A stretch of DNA of 64,000 bases from Polymyxa betae A26-41. Lineage: Eukaryota; Protista; Endomyxa: Phytomyxea. The notes beneath the pieces are model-generated. The model did not search any database. It saw only the letters and a list, made by a program, of their open reading frames with translations, and was not told the origin of the DNA. A program made the position numbers and the translations under genes. Below, one piece after another: positions 24,026-37,299 of the stretch. How positions within the stretch are numbered: the stretch's first letter is position 1; each line of letters begins with the position of its first letter. Location: the NCBI GenBank assembly GCA_003693705.1, contig RBZT01000809.1, positions 78,378-142,377 of the forward strand. Direction: 5' to 3'.

Positions 24026-25486
24026 TTAACCTTGAAGAAGTCGGTCGATCGCAGCTTGCACATTACCGCCGGTCGCCAGCAGCGCCGCTAGATTGGCAGC
24101 AGCATCTGTAAAACCCATATCGTTAAGTTGTGAGAGCTGGTCGCGATACAGAATTTCGGGTTGAACACCAGAAGCAGGAGCTCTTGCCGCATTTGTAGCA
24201 GCCGGTGGCATGAAGAAACTTGAGAAAGGGTTTGGGGGCTGGGCAGCAGCCGCACCTGTGTTAGCACCCTGCGACATTTGAAGAATGCTTTGAATGACAG
24301 CTGGGTTGGCCATCGACTGCAAAAGAGCCGGGTTGCTCATCATAGAGGCCATGGCAGGGTTCGATTCCATCATCTGCCTCATGAGCGGGTTGGCGTTGAT
24401 TACAGCCTGCATCTGAGCAGGGTCGGAAAGCATCTGTTGCATCATTTGCATAAAAGCGGGATTTTGCATCATCTGCGACATCATTTCTGGTGACATCTGT
24501 GGCATATATCCGCCGAAAGGATTGGCAGCCGGCCCGCTTGCTCCTTGCTGATTTTGTTGTTGCATAAAAGCGTTCATGAGCCCGCTCATGTCTGGCATAG
24601 CTGCATTTCCCTGAGAATTTGCTGACGGCGCCCAAGGGTTAGGCAGAGGAGCAGTGTTTGGAGAGTTCGAAACGGTTGGAGATTGTCGCGGTTGTGTACT
24701 AGAAATGGGAGGCCTGTTGATTTCGGCTGCCGCCTCCATCATAGGTTCTTGAACATTTTCATACAAGCGACGAAGAGCATTGAACCCTTCTGGATGTGCT
24801 TCAATATTGCTCATTGCCCTGTCATTGGTCCTCATCATCTCCCTCATCAAATTCGGGTTAGCCGCCATCTGCATCGACTGACGAATCATTTCTGGGTCGT
24901 TGAGTACTTGAGCCAGTTCCGGATTCTGATCGAAAATCTGCCGGAACTGAGGATTGCTCTGAAAAATGTTCTGAATCATTTCTGGATTTTCCATCAGCGA
25001 CTGCATCATCGGTGAATTCATTATAGCCTGCATTTGTTCAGGGTTGGACATTAATTGCTGCTGCATCTGAGCGAAGTCAAGACCGGCGCTGGGGAAAAAC
25101 GCAGGGAACGAATTCGCAGATGCCGGCCCGGCAGCACCTGTTTGGCCCATTCCCGAAGGCATTGCGAATGCTGGAGCAGCAGCTGCCGGTGCTGCTGGAG
25201 AAGCAGCAGCGGCCGCCGCTGGAGAAGACGCAGGCTGAGATGGAGCCTCGGCACGAGGCTTCGAACCGCGAACCAGAATAACGGTCTGGCCACCCTCTAT
25301 CGAATAGCTAGAGAGAGTCCTGCCGTCCTGAAGAACATGACCTTTGTAGATTAGACGTTGCTGGTCACTAGGCACCGTAATCTGCCCCTCGATCTGAGAC
25401 TTCAGGTCGGCGACTGTTTGCTCCAGCTCAGCGTCAACCACAAATTTGTCACCATTTGTGCATTTGATATTGATGATCTGCGTCAT
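24026..25486 (-). CDS. UBQLN: Ubiquilin / Dsk2, intronless
   Basis: N-terminal UBL (QQRLIYKGHVLQD), STI1 repeats (NP..M, RAMSNIEAHPEGFNALRR) and C-terminal UBA (QLNDMGF...ALLATGGNVQAAIDRL). Confidence 0.95.
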   Translation of the reverse strand: MTQIINIKCTNGDKFVVDAELEQTVADLKSQIEGQITVPSDQQRLIYKGHVLQDGRTLSSYSIEGGQTVILVRGSKPRAEAPSQPASSPAAAAAASPAAPAAAAPAFAMPSGMGQTGAAGPASANSFPAFFPSAGLDFAQMQQQLMSNPEQMQAIMNSPMMQSLMENPEMIQNIFQSNPQFRQIFDQNPELAQVLNDPEMIRQSMQMAANPNLMREMMRTNDRAMSNIEAHPEGFNALRRLYENVQEPMMEAAAEINRPPISSTQPRQSPTVSNSPNTAPLPNPWAPSANSQGNAAMPDMSGLMNAFMQQQNQQGASGPAANPFGGYMPQMSPEMMSQMMQNPAFMQMMQQMLSDPAQMQAVINANPLMRQMMESNPAMASMMSNPALLQSMANPAVIQSILQMSQGANTGAAAAQPPNPFSSFFMPPAATNAARAPASGVQPEILYRDQLSQLNDMGFTDAAANLAALLATGGNVQAAIDRLLQG

Positions 25487-25809
25487 GTTCCTGCTGGTGT
25501 CGCTAGAAACGGGACGAGAATGAGACTGAAATCGGTCTTAACTGCGACACGAAAGCACACAGTCTACGAGAATCAGGTAGACAACAATAAAGTGCGTATT
25601 GGGTGGAAAAGAGACTGCAATCCACGATCAGAAGCAAATGGGGGACGCGGCCTCCATCATAGATTTTCTCGTTCCCTTTGATTCTAGACGCTCCTTTCAT
25701 GGTATGTGTAATTTCCATTGAATGCGGATTGTCTGTTGATAAATTAGGAGAAACATCAACTAGAGTAGGAATGGAATAGGTACAATGTATTTGTTTGAAT
25801 ATTATTCTG

Positions 25810-28800
25810 CTATGTAGACTCGGATAGGTTTCTTTCGATTTCGACTGGATTCGCATCTTCAAGTGGTATGTGAAGATTCCGTCTAGACTGGACCCGCAAA
25901 GCGGATTTATATCTTGAGTGGGTGGCCATTATCATGTCGAATGCCGGGCCAGGCTGAGATAACCACACTAAAAGCCACGATGGGCCTTTGCTATCTATAC
26001 CCGTTACAGAGAAGATCTTGATTCCATGCTCGATGAGTTCAAATGATTTGATACTGCTCCAGGCAATAAACCACAGTAACTTGGGGGCATGTCGGTCGTG
26101 AAAAATCTGAAACGCAGCGATTCCTCGAATCAGAACAGCATAAGCACGAACGTCGTTCATTAGGCCGCCGATAAACACGTGATGGATGGTGGCGTCAATA
26201 GGAGGTTTGGCCGAATACAAAGCATCAACAATTAATGCATCAATACCGTTGTAAATTCGGATTGATCGCCCAGGACCGTAGAAGGCGCGAGGCAAGCGGA
26301 AATGAACAGACGAATGGATGAGCGAAGAGCGCCGACGGAAATAGTCAGGAGTTCTGGCAATTCCGGTCCCGAGATGATTAATTGCATCAAAGACGCCGAC
26401 AATGGGAGATGCAACCGCTTGAGCTACACCTTTTCCAATTCCGACAGCAATTCCAACACCTCCAGGGTGTCGCCGGTAATGTTTGATAGGCTCGCGAACT
26501 AGAGCTGCGATTCCGTTAAAAACACCCAATCCAAAACTTCGACCTCCACGAAGTAAGCCCTAGGTCTGGTCAGAACTGCAGAATTGCAAATCAGAGCAGA
26601 TCTTACATCGACAATATGATGTGGCTTATTGCCAACATCTAACGCTCGGCGACTGGTGAAGTCTTTGTCAAACGTTAACGCTAGCATAAGTTAGTAGAAT
26701 CCCGAAGTACAGGGTAATATCACTTACCAGATATAACATCACCAAAGCCAGCTGAAAGCCCAGTGATCGGCATCATCAGCCCTCTAGCAGTGTGGTCTAC
26801 AAGACTAAACGTCCCTCGAGTCAAACCTCCTCTGATATTCCCCTGCTTCAGGCTGGATTGAATTTCTTTTCGGAAATCGCGAACTCCTGCACGGAACGTC
26901 GATAAGATTGGCACAACCCCTCCTAACGCCAGCTTGTTATATCCAAATGAAGCCAAGAATTCCAGTAAAAGTGATCCTTTGTAATCAGCAAGAAGCTGCT
27001 CTCGAAGGGAGTTAGTTCGATCGCATAGACGTACATACTCATGGCCGGGTCTTCGAATTGGTTTAGCTTCCAGATTTGTCAGTAACACACCTAGAAGATG
27101 TGCCAGCCCAATACGTTCACGAAGATATTCGTGTGAAAGCGATTCTTGCGCCTTTCGAACAGACAGCTGCATTTTTATCGTCGGTGTTCTTAAAACTTCG
27201 AAATACATTAATTGTGTAATGCCAAACGATGGTGATACTGGATCGAGATTGATGGCGTCATAAGACTGTTTACCAGCGTCCAACTGAAAAGCCTTTTGTA
27301 CAGATCGTACAAATTCCAAAACAGTGACGATATAGGTTTCTTCAAGATTGACGACAAAAGGTTGGACTGCTAAATCGAACAACTTGTAGTATTTCATGTG
27401 GGACGTATGGAAGGATCGAATGCATTGAAACCAAATGAAAGAATGGGATGGACTGCATTCGCTTTTGATAACATTCGGAAAAGCGAAGGAAGAGTTTTGC
27501 TCAAGGCAAAGCTGGTTATCGATCCGCAGAGCATCTAGAGTTATCTCAATATTTTGAAGACAAGATGAACGGGTTAGTGTAGCTTCTGTTGAAAGTAATT
27601 CAATTAGCATCAATTCCGTTCGAGAGTTACTAATCAAAGAAAACACGGCTTCTTCAATATGGACTACAATCTTCAACCAACAATCCGGTTGCGAATCCGA
27701 GGAGTGGTCATTGTAAGCTTGAACGACACGTTTGGCGCGTGTTTCACTCGGCGTTATTAATACCACATTGGTGTCCCCATCAGCGTATACGCTGACAAAC
27801 GCAGAATCTGATAGTGCCGAGATGACACCAATGGTATCGATTTCGACATTGTATCTGGAATCTTGAATTTTGACACAAAGAAATCGATCTTTGACGGATA
27901 ATAAATCCCAAGCAAACTTTGAATAGACCATATTGGGTTCAATTTTGCCTATATTCAATAAGCCAATGGAACCGTAGGCTGGGAATTTTTTACCATTCAC
28001 ATTCATGGGTGAGTTCAACTGGCTTATTGTAACAGGAGTGCTGAGTTCGTTGCGAATAGAATACCGCGGCCGCGAAGGATCGCTCTCGCCAATATAAAGA
28101 ATCACAGATGCTTTATGCAATGAGATCTGCAATTGTAAAATACGATGATTATCGTTGACATTGCTGTTCGAAACACGAAGAACATGCAAACCGACACAGT
28201 TGATGTCGAATCCAGATGACCAATACATAGAACCATTGCATACAGCTCCAACACGAACATAGGTTGCTCTTATGCTCTTTTCTGTTTCAAACGGGATTCG
28301 GTTGAAAAAGAAGGCCCTCTGCTTCCCAGGCCGAACTACGCAGATATTGAACGAATCTGAAAGCTGCTGCACACAAACATTGGATGAGTTCTCTGAGAAA
28401 GAATTCCAGACAATATATCTACGAGGGCCAGCTTAGTTGAATTGAGAAAAACACTGTTCACCCAGACCTAGGCACAAAGGACGCAATCCAAGTATCACGA
28501 AAAGGATGACGGGCTGGTGAGATATGGATGCCAAGATCAAGAATTCTGCCAAAATCGTGAGTGAACATCGTCAATACACGGGTGTCAGTTCCATGAAGCA
28601 AATTGATTGGGGAACTCCAATCTGACTTGCAAGTTTTAACACAGATGTGTGATGTTGAATATCGACTAGTCAATTGTTTTCGCCCACCCGGGGAAAACAT
28701 ACAAATCGGTAAAGCAGCTGAATCGTTCATCAACATACGAGCTCGAGAGTATCGCCTTCTTCGCACAAGATATTTCTTCTTGTGTTCTGCATGGAAGGTT

Positions 28801-31800
28801 TTGCTAAAGTTCTTAGAATATGCCCATCCATTGTCGTCGGTTTCCACAGGATCAGTATCGACAGTCCAGCCGCTATCAACCCAGGTCCAGTCAGGTCCCG
28901 GCAGCTGCTCGCTGCTTAATGTCGCTGGACGTCCTTCTATATCACTCCAGGAAGGACGATCTCCAGGTAATAATTTTGCTGACCATCCTTTTCCTGGATA
29001 CCACCTAAAAAGGCATTACATAACTTAAAAAGGGAGTCGGTTTTCTGACCGACCTTTGATTCTCGTAAACGTAATCGATTATCTACAAATAGCACACATT
29101 AATACCTTGTACAAATGGATAAAAATTTTACCTGTCTCCCGTTTTGGCCTGGAAGTATAACCCCCTTGGACGAACCGAAAAGGAGCTCCACGCCGGGCAC
29201 TTGATTCAGGAGCCATAGTCGGGTATAAAGAGTGATTCGGAATAGAGCACGTCCATTCAGCTTACTTTCATAATCATCCACAGCAATGATTCGTGCAATC
29301 TCTACAACCACATACAAAGCAGCACCAAACCGGTCCTGAATAGTAATCGTCATGGTAGTTCGACGACCATCGTCCATTTGCGATTTTTCCGCAAAAACGG
29401 CAATAGAATTAGACCATTCAAAACCTTGCATAGAGAAGCGCAGTTGCACATCAGTGCTGCCGTCGATTGTCTCAATTTGCCTTTTAAACCCGTCATCAAT
29501 ACGCACCATTGACCCATCATCGAATTTAACGTCGATTGGATATGGTAAATGATTCCGAATATCAAGCGGAGCTCGGACTGTTATGGCCAGACGACCTGGC
29601 CATAAACCTCCACTGGATGCACACAGAAAAACGTAACGGTTTCCACCGACACAAAAAACGTGTTCGCTGCGTCGTTTGCGACGTAATGCTGAAAGAGACA
29701 GCCGACCTAGCTGACGAACAGAATCGCCATCTTCGACGACACCAATACAGAAAGCATCCCAAGCACAATACAACAACGGCGCCCATCTGGTTTGCGATGG
29801 ATCCAGGTCCAGCTCATGCTGGGCATCGCCATTGAAAAAGACGATTCGAAGATGAAGTGAGGTGCAATTGAAATAACCAACAGATGAATGAGCACTGAGC
29901 ACTGCATGTCCGTTTTCGATCAGAGCTTCAAGCACCAGTCCGTCTTGCGGCAGACGATGATCTTTGCCGGGAGGAATCGGGATAAGTGCAAACTGAAAAG
30001 CGCCAACATTACCAACATATGCGTTTGGGATTGCTAACCATTGATCCCCAACAGTCAGCGATAAAGGATGAGCAGGTTCCCATGGGTTTGAACCTAATCC
30101 GATTTTCAATCGAAAACAGCGAATTTCTCAACAGCCTCATTACCTAAGCATTCTAAAGAAGAAGAGGCCATATCTTCCAGAACGCCGTTCATGTTATTGC
30201 AGTGCCATCTAAGCACAACCCTGAATACACTTTGAGCTTTGGACTATAGCAAGAGAATACCGATTCAGACCCACTAAAATTTTTTAAAGTAAATGCACAA
30301 GCGCTAACGGATGTCGATGTGGCGGCAGTGCGACTTGGCACCCCCAATGAAAATAAACTGGATATCGTATCGGCAGAAACGTTGAAGCGAACTGGTTCAT
30401 TTAGGAATACTTGAATGGTATTCTCTATATTGCTTTCCATCAGATTTGTGATCAAGTTGGATGCCGATGAGTGTTCTAACAATGCAGGTGATTGTGAATT
30501 GAATGGATAATTTTGCATTCCAGTACGGGTCAACGAAAACTGCAAAGTAAACGGCTCTAATACAGGCTCCCAAACAGCTACTTTCGGGTGCAGAAAATCG
30601 GATTGCAGCGATGCACTAAAAGAACAATTTTCCATGCCACCATGAGAACACCAAGCTAAAAGCAGCGGATGAAGCCCAAAAGATATTGTAAATAACGCAT
30701 CTCGAGCGACATTTTTGCCAACGGGATTGTCATTGCGACATAAAGATATAGCAAAGGATTTCAGCTCCAACCGAGCCGACAATTTTTCAAAACCACTAGT
30801 AGTGGAACAAGACGAAGAGGAGGAACTGGGAATAGCATTCAGAAAGCTACTGCACAAACTGGAGATACGACCATAATCTTCAGCACACAGATATGTTGAA
30901 ACATTCCCAATCTTGATATCTAGATCGGCGTTTGAGGGAGTAACAGTAGAATCGAATGCTATTCGAAATTCATTCACGTCAGCAGGGTTATCTTTAAAGT
31001 TTAACAGCTGATACTTGCCAGAGTCCCAATCTGACTCCCAGGAGCGGAATCCAAATAATTCTAACGAGTTGAAGGCGACTGAAATTGTCTGCGATCCATC
31101 TTGTGAACTGACATTAGTCGTCAGTGAGGACGAAAGACGAATCGCTGGTTGCTCATAAGCGACTAAGCAGACATGTATTGGTTGCAGATGAAAAACGAGC
31201 TCTCTTCTTGCTTGAGATAAAGTCGGCCTCGGACCGATACCATCTGATATGGAATCGATGAGCTGATGATTACCGACATCAAGGCAGCGTATCAGAGATA
31301 GCATGAAATTCGATAGCGCAGAAGGCATCGATGTAAAACTAATTGGTTCTGTCCATAACATAGCAGAACAAAAAACATTACAGATAGTCTCTCTTTCAGC
31401 ATCATTGATCTTTAGAAAGTTGATCAGATGGGCAATAGATAACAAAATGTGACGACTCCATTTTGGTAAATGAATGATTGCCTTATCCATCAAGATTCCA
31501 CTGTATCTGAACTGGAAAGGAATTACGGGATCGCTCTGGCTTCTCAGTATATGTAACAACAGGGCTATCAGCTCCGGTACAAGCGCCGATGTGGATTTTT
31601 CATTTCCCAATACTGACTTCAGCAATAGAGGGGACTGGAACAGCACAGTCAACGATGATTGAAATTGCGACACAATTGACAGAGGCTCCTCGACGATGCG
31701 ATTCTTGATTGAAGCAAGCAGAATTAGAAGTAGAGCGGGGATCTGCACTTCACTTCGCCCGAATAAAACCAGGCCCTGAGTTGGACACAAAGGAGACGAC

Positions 31801-34800
31801 CATGTAAACGCAGAATCCTCTTTTCTGGATAATGGCTGAGACCGATCTAAACTTTGGCACAGAGGCCACAGGCCTCGTTTCCAATAATCTAACAGAGTAC
31901 GCCAGAGAGCATTGTCGCCCAGAAAGCTCAACGATATAGGAATATGCCTATTGCTCAATGAAGCGATGTAAACAAGAAAACCAAACTCATGCGGCTTCAA
32001 GTTTGATGTTAGTTCGTGCAGGCGTATAGGATCAAAAACAGCGTCATTGACTGAGATTGTGTTCAGAATTTCAACAGTCATAGAGTGAAGTATAGAGAGT
32101 AGCGATTCAGGAGATGAATCACGTAAGAGAATAAATAGTTGACATGGGTTTAACGAAGGCCAATGAGAGCACGAGCGTAGAATTGTGTCTGCGTTAACGA
32201 AGTACGACGAACCATGAACAAACTTCGAATCCCTCAATAGATCAGCAATGGCTATGGCTAAGGCAGGGACAGCAATAAGTAAGGCGTTATCATTTTCCAA
32301 TTCGATTTCGGCGACTTCAACGAAGCTCGATGCCCAGTATTTGGAATTATCTGAAAATATAGTCTCTCGCGGCGAATGGCTTGGCAAGGCCGTTTGAATC
32401 GCTAAACTTGAAAACTTGTAGTTGGAAAATGTTGGCAGACTAGATCTTATTGACCCCAACGAAGTTGGCTCTATTGTCAGCAGTAACTGACTAATGTCCA
32501 GCTCGGTCCTCATTTTCTGAAAATCGCCAGATATACACCATTGCAAAGAAATGTTACCTTCCGGCAATGTTTTGGCTATATCCACAGCGCCAACACGTGC
32601 GCAGAGTTGATGGCAAAGCAATGATATATTCATGCTCCAATTGGAATTGCGATCGAACACCAAATTAATTGGGCTAATTTGAGCCAAAAGCGATGAGGAG
32701 CTCAGATGAAGAGATTGCAATGTCAGTTCAATTCGAATTGCAGATCCTGTTTCGGTAAGGATGTCGTCCAAGAACCAATGATATTCAGGCTCGCCAGCGA
32801 ACTGTAATGGTTCCACCCAGGATTCTGCCAAATTTTGCAACAATGCAGTTCTTCCTGATCGGGTCGCGGCGGGATCATCGACACAAAGTTCGATAGAAGA
32901 CAAGTTAACACCGATCGTCATCCATGGAACACGAGGGCAACGGTAATCAGTGGAAAATCTGGCAACACCATTTCCCGAAATTGGGGTCTTAACCAGAGAG
33001 CGAATAATAAGATCGACGATGTCAATTTTCCATTCTGCAGTTCGGAAGTTATCCACGTCGGCAAACGCAGAATTACTAATGTGAATGTTTTTGCTAACAA
33101 GATGTAAGCCTTCACGTCGTCGAATACTTGAAGCAGTGCCACATGCAGGCATAACAATGACAACATCTGGAAAATCGATATGGACTGCACAAAAGGTTCC
33201 ATGCAAATCCGGTGAGAAATCAGGCCACTGATCTTTCTACAAGATTATCAGTTGATGTCGGATGCGGTATAATTACAATAAACCTTATCAGGATTGAATC
33301 CGAATATTATGCCGGCAAGTCCATTGCTAATATAATCGCAGAGCTCTTGAACCATCCTGTGGAAATAGACAATCTTGCAGCCAGCTGCATTCACAGTTAC
33401 ACCTGATCATAATTAATTGAGCATTCGAGTGCCAGTAGTGTTGCTTACCAGCCCAGTGATACGATGGATCTCCTGAGGTAACTTCCATATCGACAAAATC
33501 TGCATATAGGATGTCCGTTGGCGTTGTAGCTCTTAATGACGCGCTGGACATGTCCCGAATAGATGATTTGTAAAAGTTTAGAACGATTTTGTAGGGACTG
33601 GTAAAGTAATGAATCTTCGCGTCGACAATGTTAAACAGTGCCAAATGGCTATGACGCTTGTTGAACAAGCATGTACAGTTCTCAAGATAAAGGTCATATC
33701 TCCAATCCGATGTGTTTTGTATAGGCCTGTTTGATGGAGAGGAAGGTGGACTTGCGTACAGTTCAGAGAAAACGGAACAGGCGTCCGATATAAAATCCAT
33801 TAATGACTGCATGTAGAATGGGCTCCATTGCCAATCTATTTTTCGCATTCCGAAGACAATTGAAGTTTGCTTGTTAGAAACACGCTCGAATGCGATGCAT
33901 GCCTTCTCACCTTCGTATTCATCCTGGCTCTGGGCGATCCATCCAAAACGGTAACAGCTGGAGTTGTATAGACGAAGTCCATCAGTATGCAGAATCCAGT
34001 TTGAGGAAGTTCCAGAAAATTCGATGGAGGCTAATCGCAAGCAATATACTGAGGTGATGGTAACGATACCAATAGTGCAGCGGAAGCAAATTCCGGTTCC
34101 GGCACTACTTGAACTTGATTGCGATTTTGGTGACGTGTTTGTAGACGGTATGATAAGAGAAACGGCAGGGAAAATAGCCAGTTTTTTTACAGGAGAATGA
34201 GAAGAAGACAGTGAATCATTTGCAGGCACTTGCTGCCTAGAGAGCGTAGAAGTTAACGTTGTAGCAAAATGTGCTATAATTCTAACAAGAATTCGAATCC
34301 GACTGAGATCGCATGAAATGTTTACAGAAGGAATAGAAACGTCAATGGCCGATCTTTCTAAAGATTTTGTGCAAATCCTTAGTGTTGTTTCGAGTGCAAC
34401 TGGATCTAGAATGACGAAAGCGTCATCTACTTCACTCGTTCGGATACTGATTTGGAAGTTGGACAGATTTGCATGGTATAAGTCTTGATTTCTTGATACC
34501 GGCTCTGAGAATATCGACAGAGAGCTAAATGTGAAAGCCAGATTTTTCGAATCGTCAGCAACAAAAATAACATTAACAACGCCGACTTTAGCTTCAATTC
34601 TGTGCTTGCGCTGTTTTGAAAAAGCGCTCATCAGAAAGGATTGTTGCATCTCAGTCCATTCCCAAAACGCGGCGTCAAATAACATCAAAGTATTGCGACT
34701 GTAACCAGCATGTAGAAAATGTACGAACTGGCGAAAGAATGAGCCAGACCATATAATCTTCGTAGTTTCAATATTAAGCTTAACATTCAGATCGAGATTT

Positions 34801-36746
34801 CTGGCCGAACGGACCGCCCACGTCTCCATAAAGAGCTCTAATACGGTATCCGATTGCTCTGACGATGGATACATCGATAGGACTGTCAGAGTTTCAGATT
34901 CTGAAGCAGTCAGATCTGATATTCGCAAGTGCTTGATTAGCAATCTCGTTGCTGTAGAATGCGGATATTGAGTAAATTGAAGCGAAATGTTTACATCAGA
35001 GGAAGCTATAGCGCGCTGTTCGTGATTACTATGCGAATCATACAGTGTGCAGATGACATTGGTTTGGAAATCCAATCGTATGAGCTAGCAACAATGAATT
35101 CGCATTGGAAATTTTCGACAAGAAATGCATTCACATACCTCAAAATCATTTGGAGCAGTTGAAGATTCAAGTCGAGAGATAATATCTGCTTCTTTACGAA
35201 TTGCCAACTTCTGATCTTCGCTAAGGTCCGCATTGGCTTCCTCGGGTCCACCAGCGAACCACCATGAGAAGTAGCCAGGTGCATTTTTGTTCTCAACTTT
35301 TTCCTTGATGACTTGTTCTACCATACGATTCTGATGAACAAGCGAACGCAGAAGAACAATCAAGCTGACAGGTAAGCGATCTTCAAGAAGTTGAACAGTC
35401 GCCTCCTGATCAGGAGTCATTTTTTCATCCGAATCCTCAACGGGTTCATCAGCCTTTTTCACATCAGTCTTAACCCGTCGTGCTTTAGGCTTAGGATCGC
35501 AGAGGCGAAGGCGCTTAGCGTAGAGCTCGATATACTCCCGACGATCATTTCCAATGCACTGCAATGTGGCCCAGATCCAATTTGACGACTTTATTTCGCC
35601 ATACGATGAGTCGCTGCGAGACCTTATGAGCTCCAAAATAGAGAATAGAGCATATTTCCACCAAGCTTTCGCCTGTGAAATTGTTGGTCGCCGTGATTGT
35701 AACCGAAGCAAAACGTCTGCAGCAGCGATTCGCTTTTGCATTGAAACTTGGTAGCTGATGATCGATTTGGCATCTCGGAATTGCTTCGATCGGAGATGCA
35801 GTTGCAGCTTTGGAACGACACAGTTGATGCTACATCGGCAAGTATTGAAATCTTGCAAATTGCTGTTGATCTGTACGAAACAGAAAGCGCTTGCTGGCGC
35901 AACAATGAAGCACTCGCGCCGAATCTTATCGAAGCTTTCAAACGAGTCTTCAACAGCAATAGAATTCCGCATTTGATCTGTCAGATCGTCGTCATCAGTT
36001 TTGTCTTCATTTTCAATACTGCCGTCGACTCCCCATAGAGGATTCGATTCAGGCTGAATATCACAATCCCAATAGAAAGCAAAATTAGTAATATCTACTT
36101 TTCGCTTGCTAACAGCAACTGATTCGCTGATAAACGCATCCTGTCCTGAGTCATTAACTGCACGAAGCTGAATGCGCTGTGTTGTGATTCCAAACGCGAA
36201 GGAATATCCAGGCTGAGTAGCAGAATCATCTTCACAGCGGACATGAATATTCACAATCTCAATTCTTAGATTGGCGAGAATGACAGTGATTGGAATAAGT
36301 GATTTCAGAAAACCACCTGATTCGTTAACCGTTTTCCCAGCCATCATGCCGCTGAGCTCGAGCAAAATATTGCTCATTGCAGTTTCAATCTCGTGCAGTT
36401 TTTTGGAACGCGCTTTGTTTTTGGCTTGATTGAGAACGTCAACTTTGTCGGCATCAGAAGGCGCCGCCACCAGGAGTAAGAAGACATCTTCAATTCTAAT
36501 GGTAACTGGCTTCGAGGCGAAGCTTGTTATTCCTGGCAGATCGACTCGCATCCGGCTAATCGTTCCATGTCGCAAATCGAATGCAGGAGCCAGCCCTAGA
36601 ACTTCTGCGGCTGCTTCTTTTAGGCGAAGATTTGATAGTAGCAGCTGGCCGCTGGTAAGCCCGCTACTGAGGCGGGCATCGTCAACACCGTGAACGAACC
36701 GACCAAAGCGGTCTACCAGCAGGCGCCGTACGATGCCCTCAAGCAT
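25810..36746 (-). CDS. VPS13: VPS13-family bridge lipid-transfer protein, multi-exon
   Basis: Chorein-N MLEGIV...SGQLLLSNLRL, WWKYA, WEPVLEPF, VAB-like repeats (IRNHLPYPI, YSIRNELSTPV), LRIDNQL, ATG2_C-like GIGKGVAQAVASPIVGVFD and RLPRAF. Confidence 0.92.
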
Positions 36747-37299
36747 ATCGCCTTAGGTGCAACAATTACACCATCGGCAACAAGCGAAAAGAAAACAGAA
36801 AGGGAGCTCAGTGACCAGAAATGATGGAATGTGGTGCAACCCCTTTCCAGTGAGAAGATCCACTGGATTGTTTACGTTGCCGAATATGGCATTGAACTCG
36901 ATTTCTTTCAAACGCCTTTTATAGCTGCAATATCATTCTGAGGCTGGTGCTGCAAGCAACTTTGGGTAATGTTCTTACCCTACTAACCTAATTAATATAG
37001 TGATGCTTATCATGGAACTTGATGTTATTGAATGAAATGGCATTTATTTGCTTTGATAAGTGAGAGGCGAAAATTACGTTAGCTACAATTAATGAACAGA
37101 CCAGCAGGAAGAATTCCTTCAAGCGAGATGTCGGCTATCGACATCAGTTCTGCCTAAAGTAGAGAAGTAGAGGATCAGCCATATTCTGAGCTTTGTTTGG
37201 AAAAAAACGCCGTTAAACATTTTTATATTCGTAGCTTAGCAAGGTCAGTCATACTTTCAGAAAATATGATGGATTGCCAACGCCTTGTCTGAAAATAAC

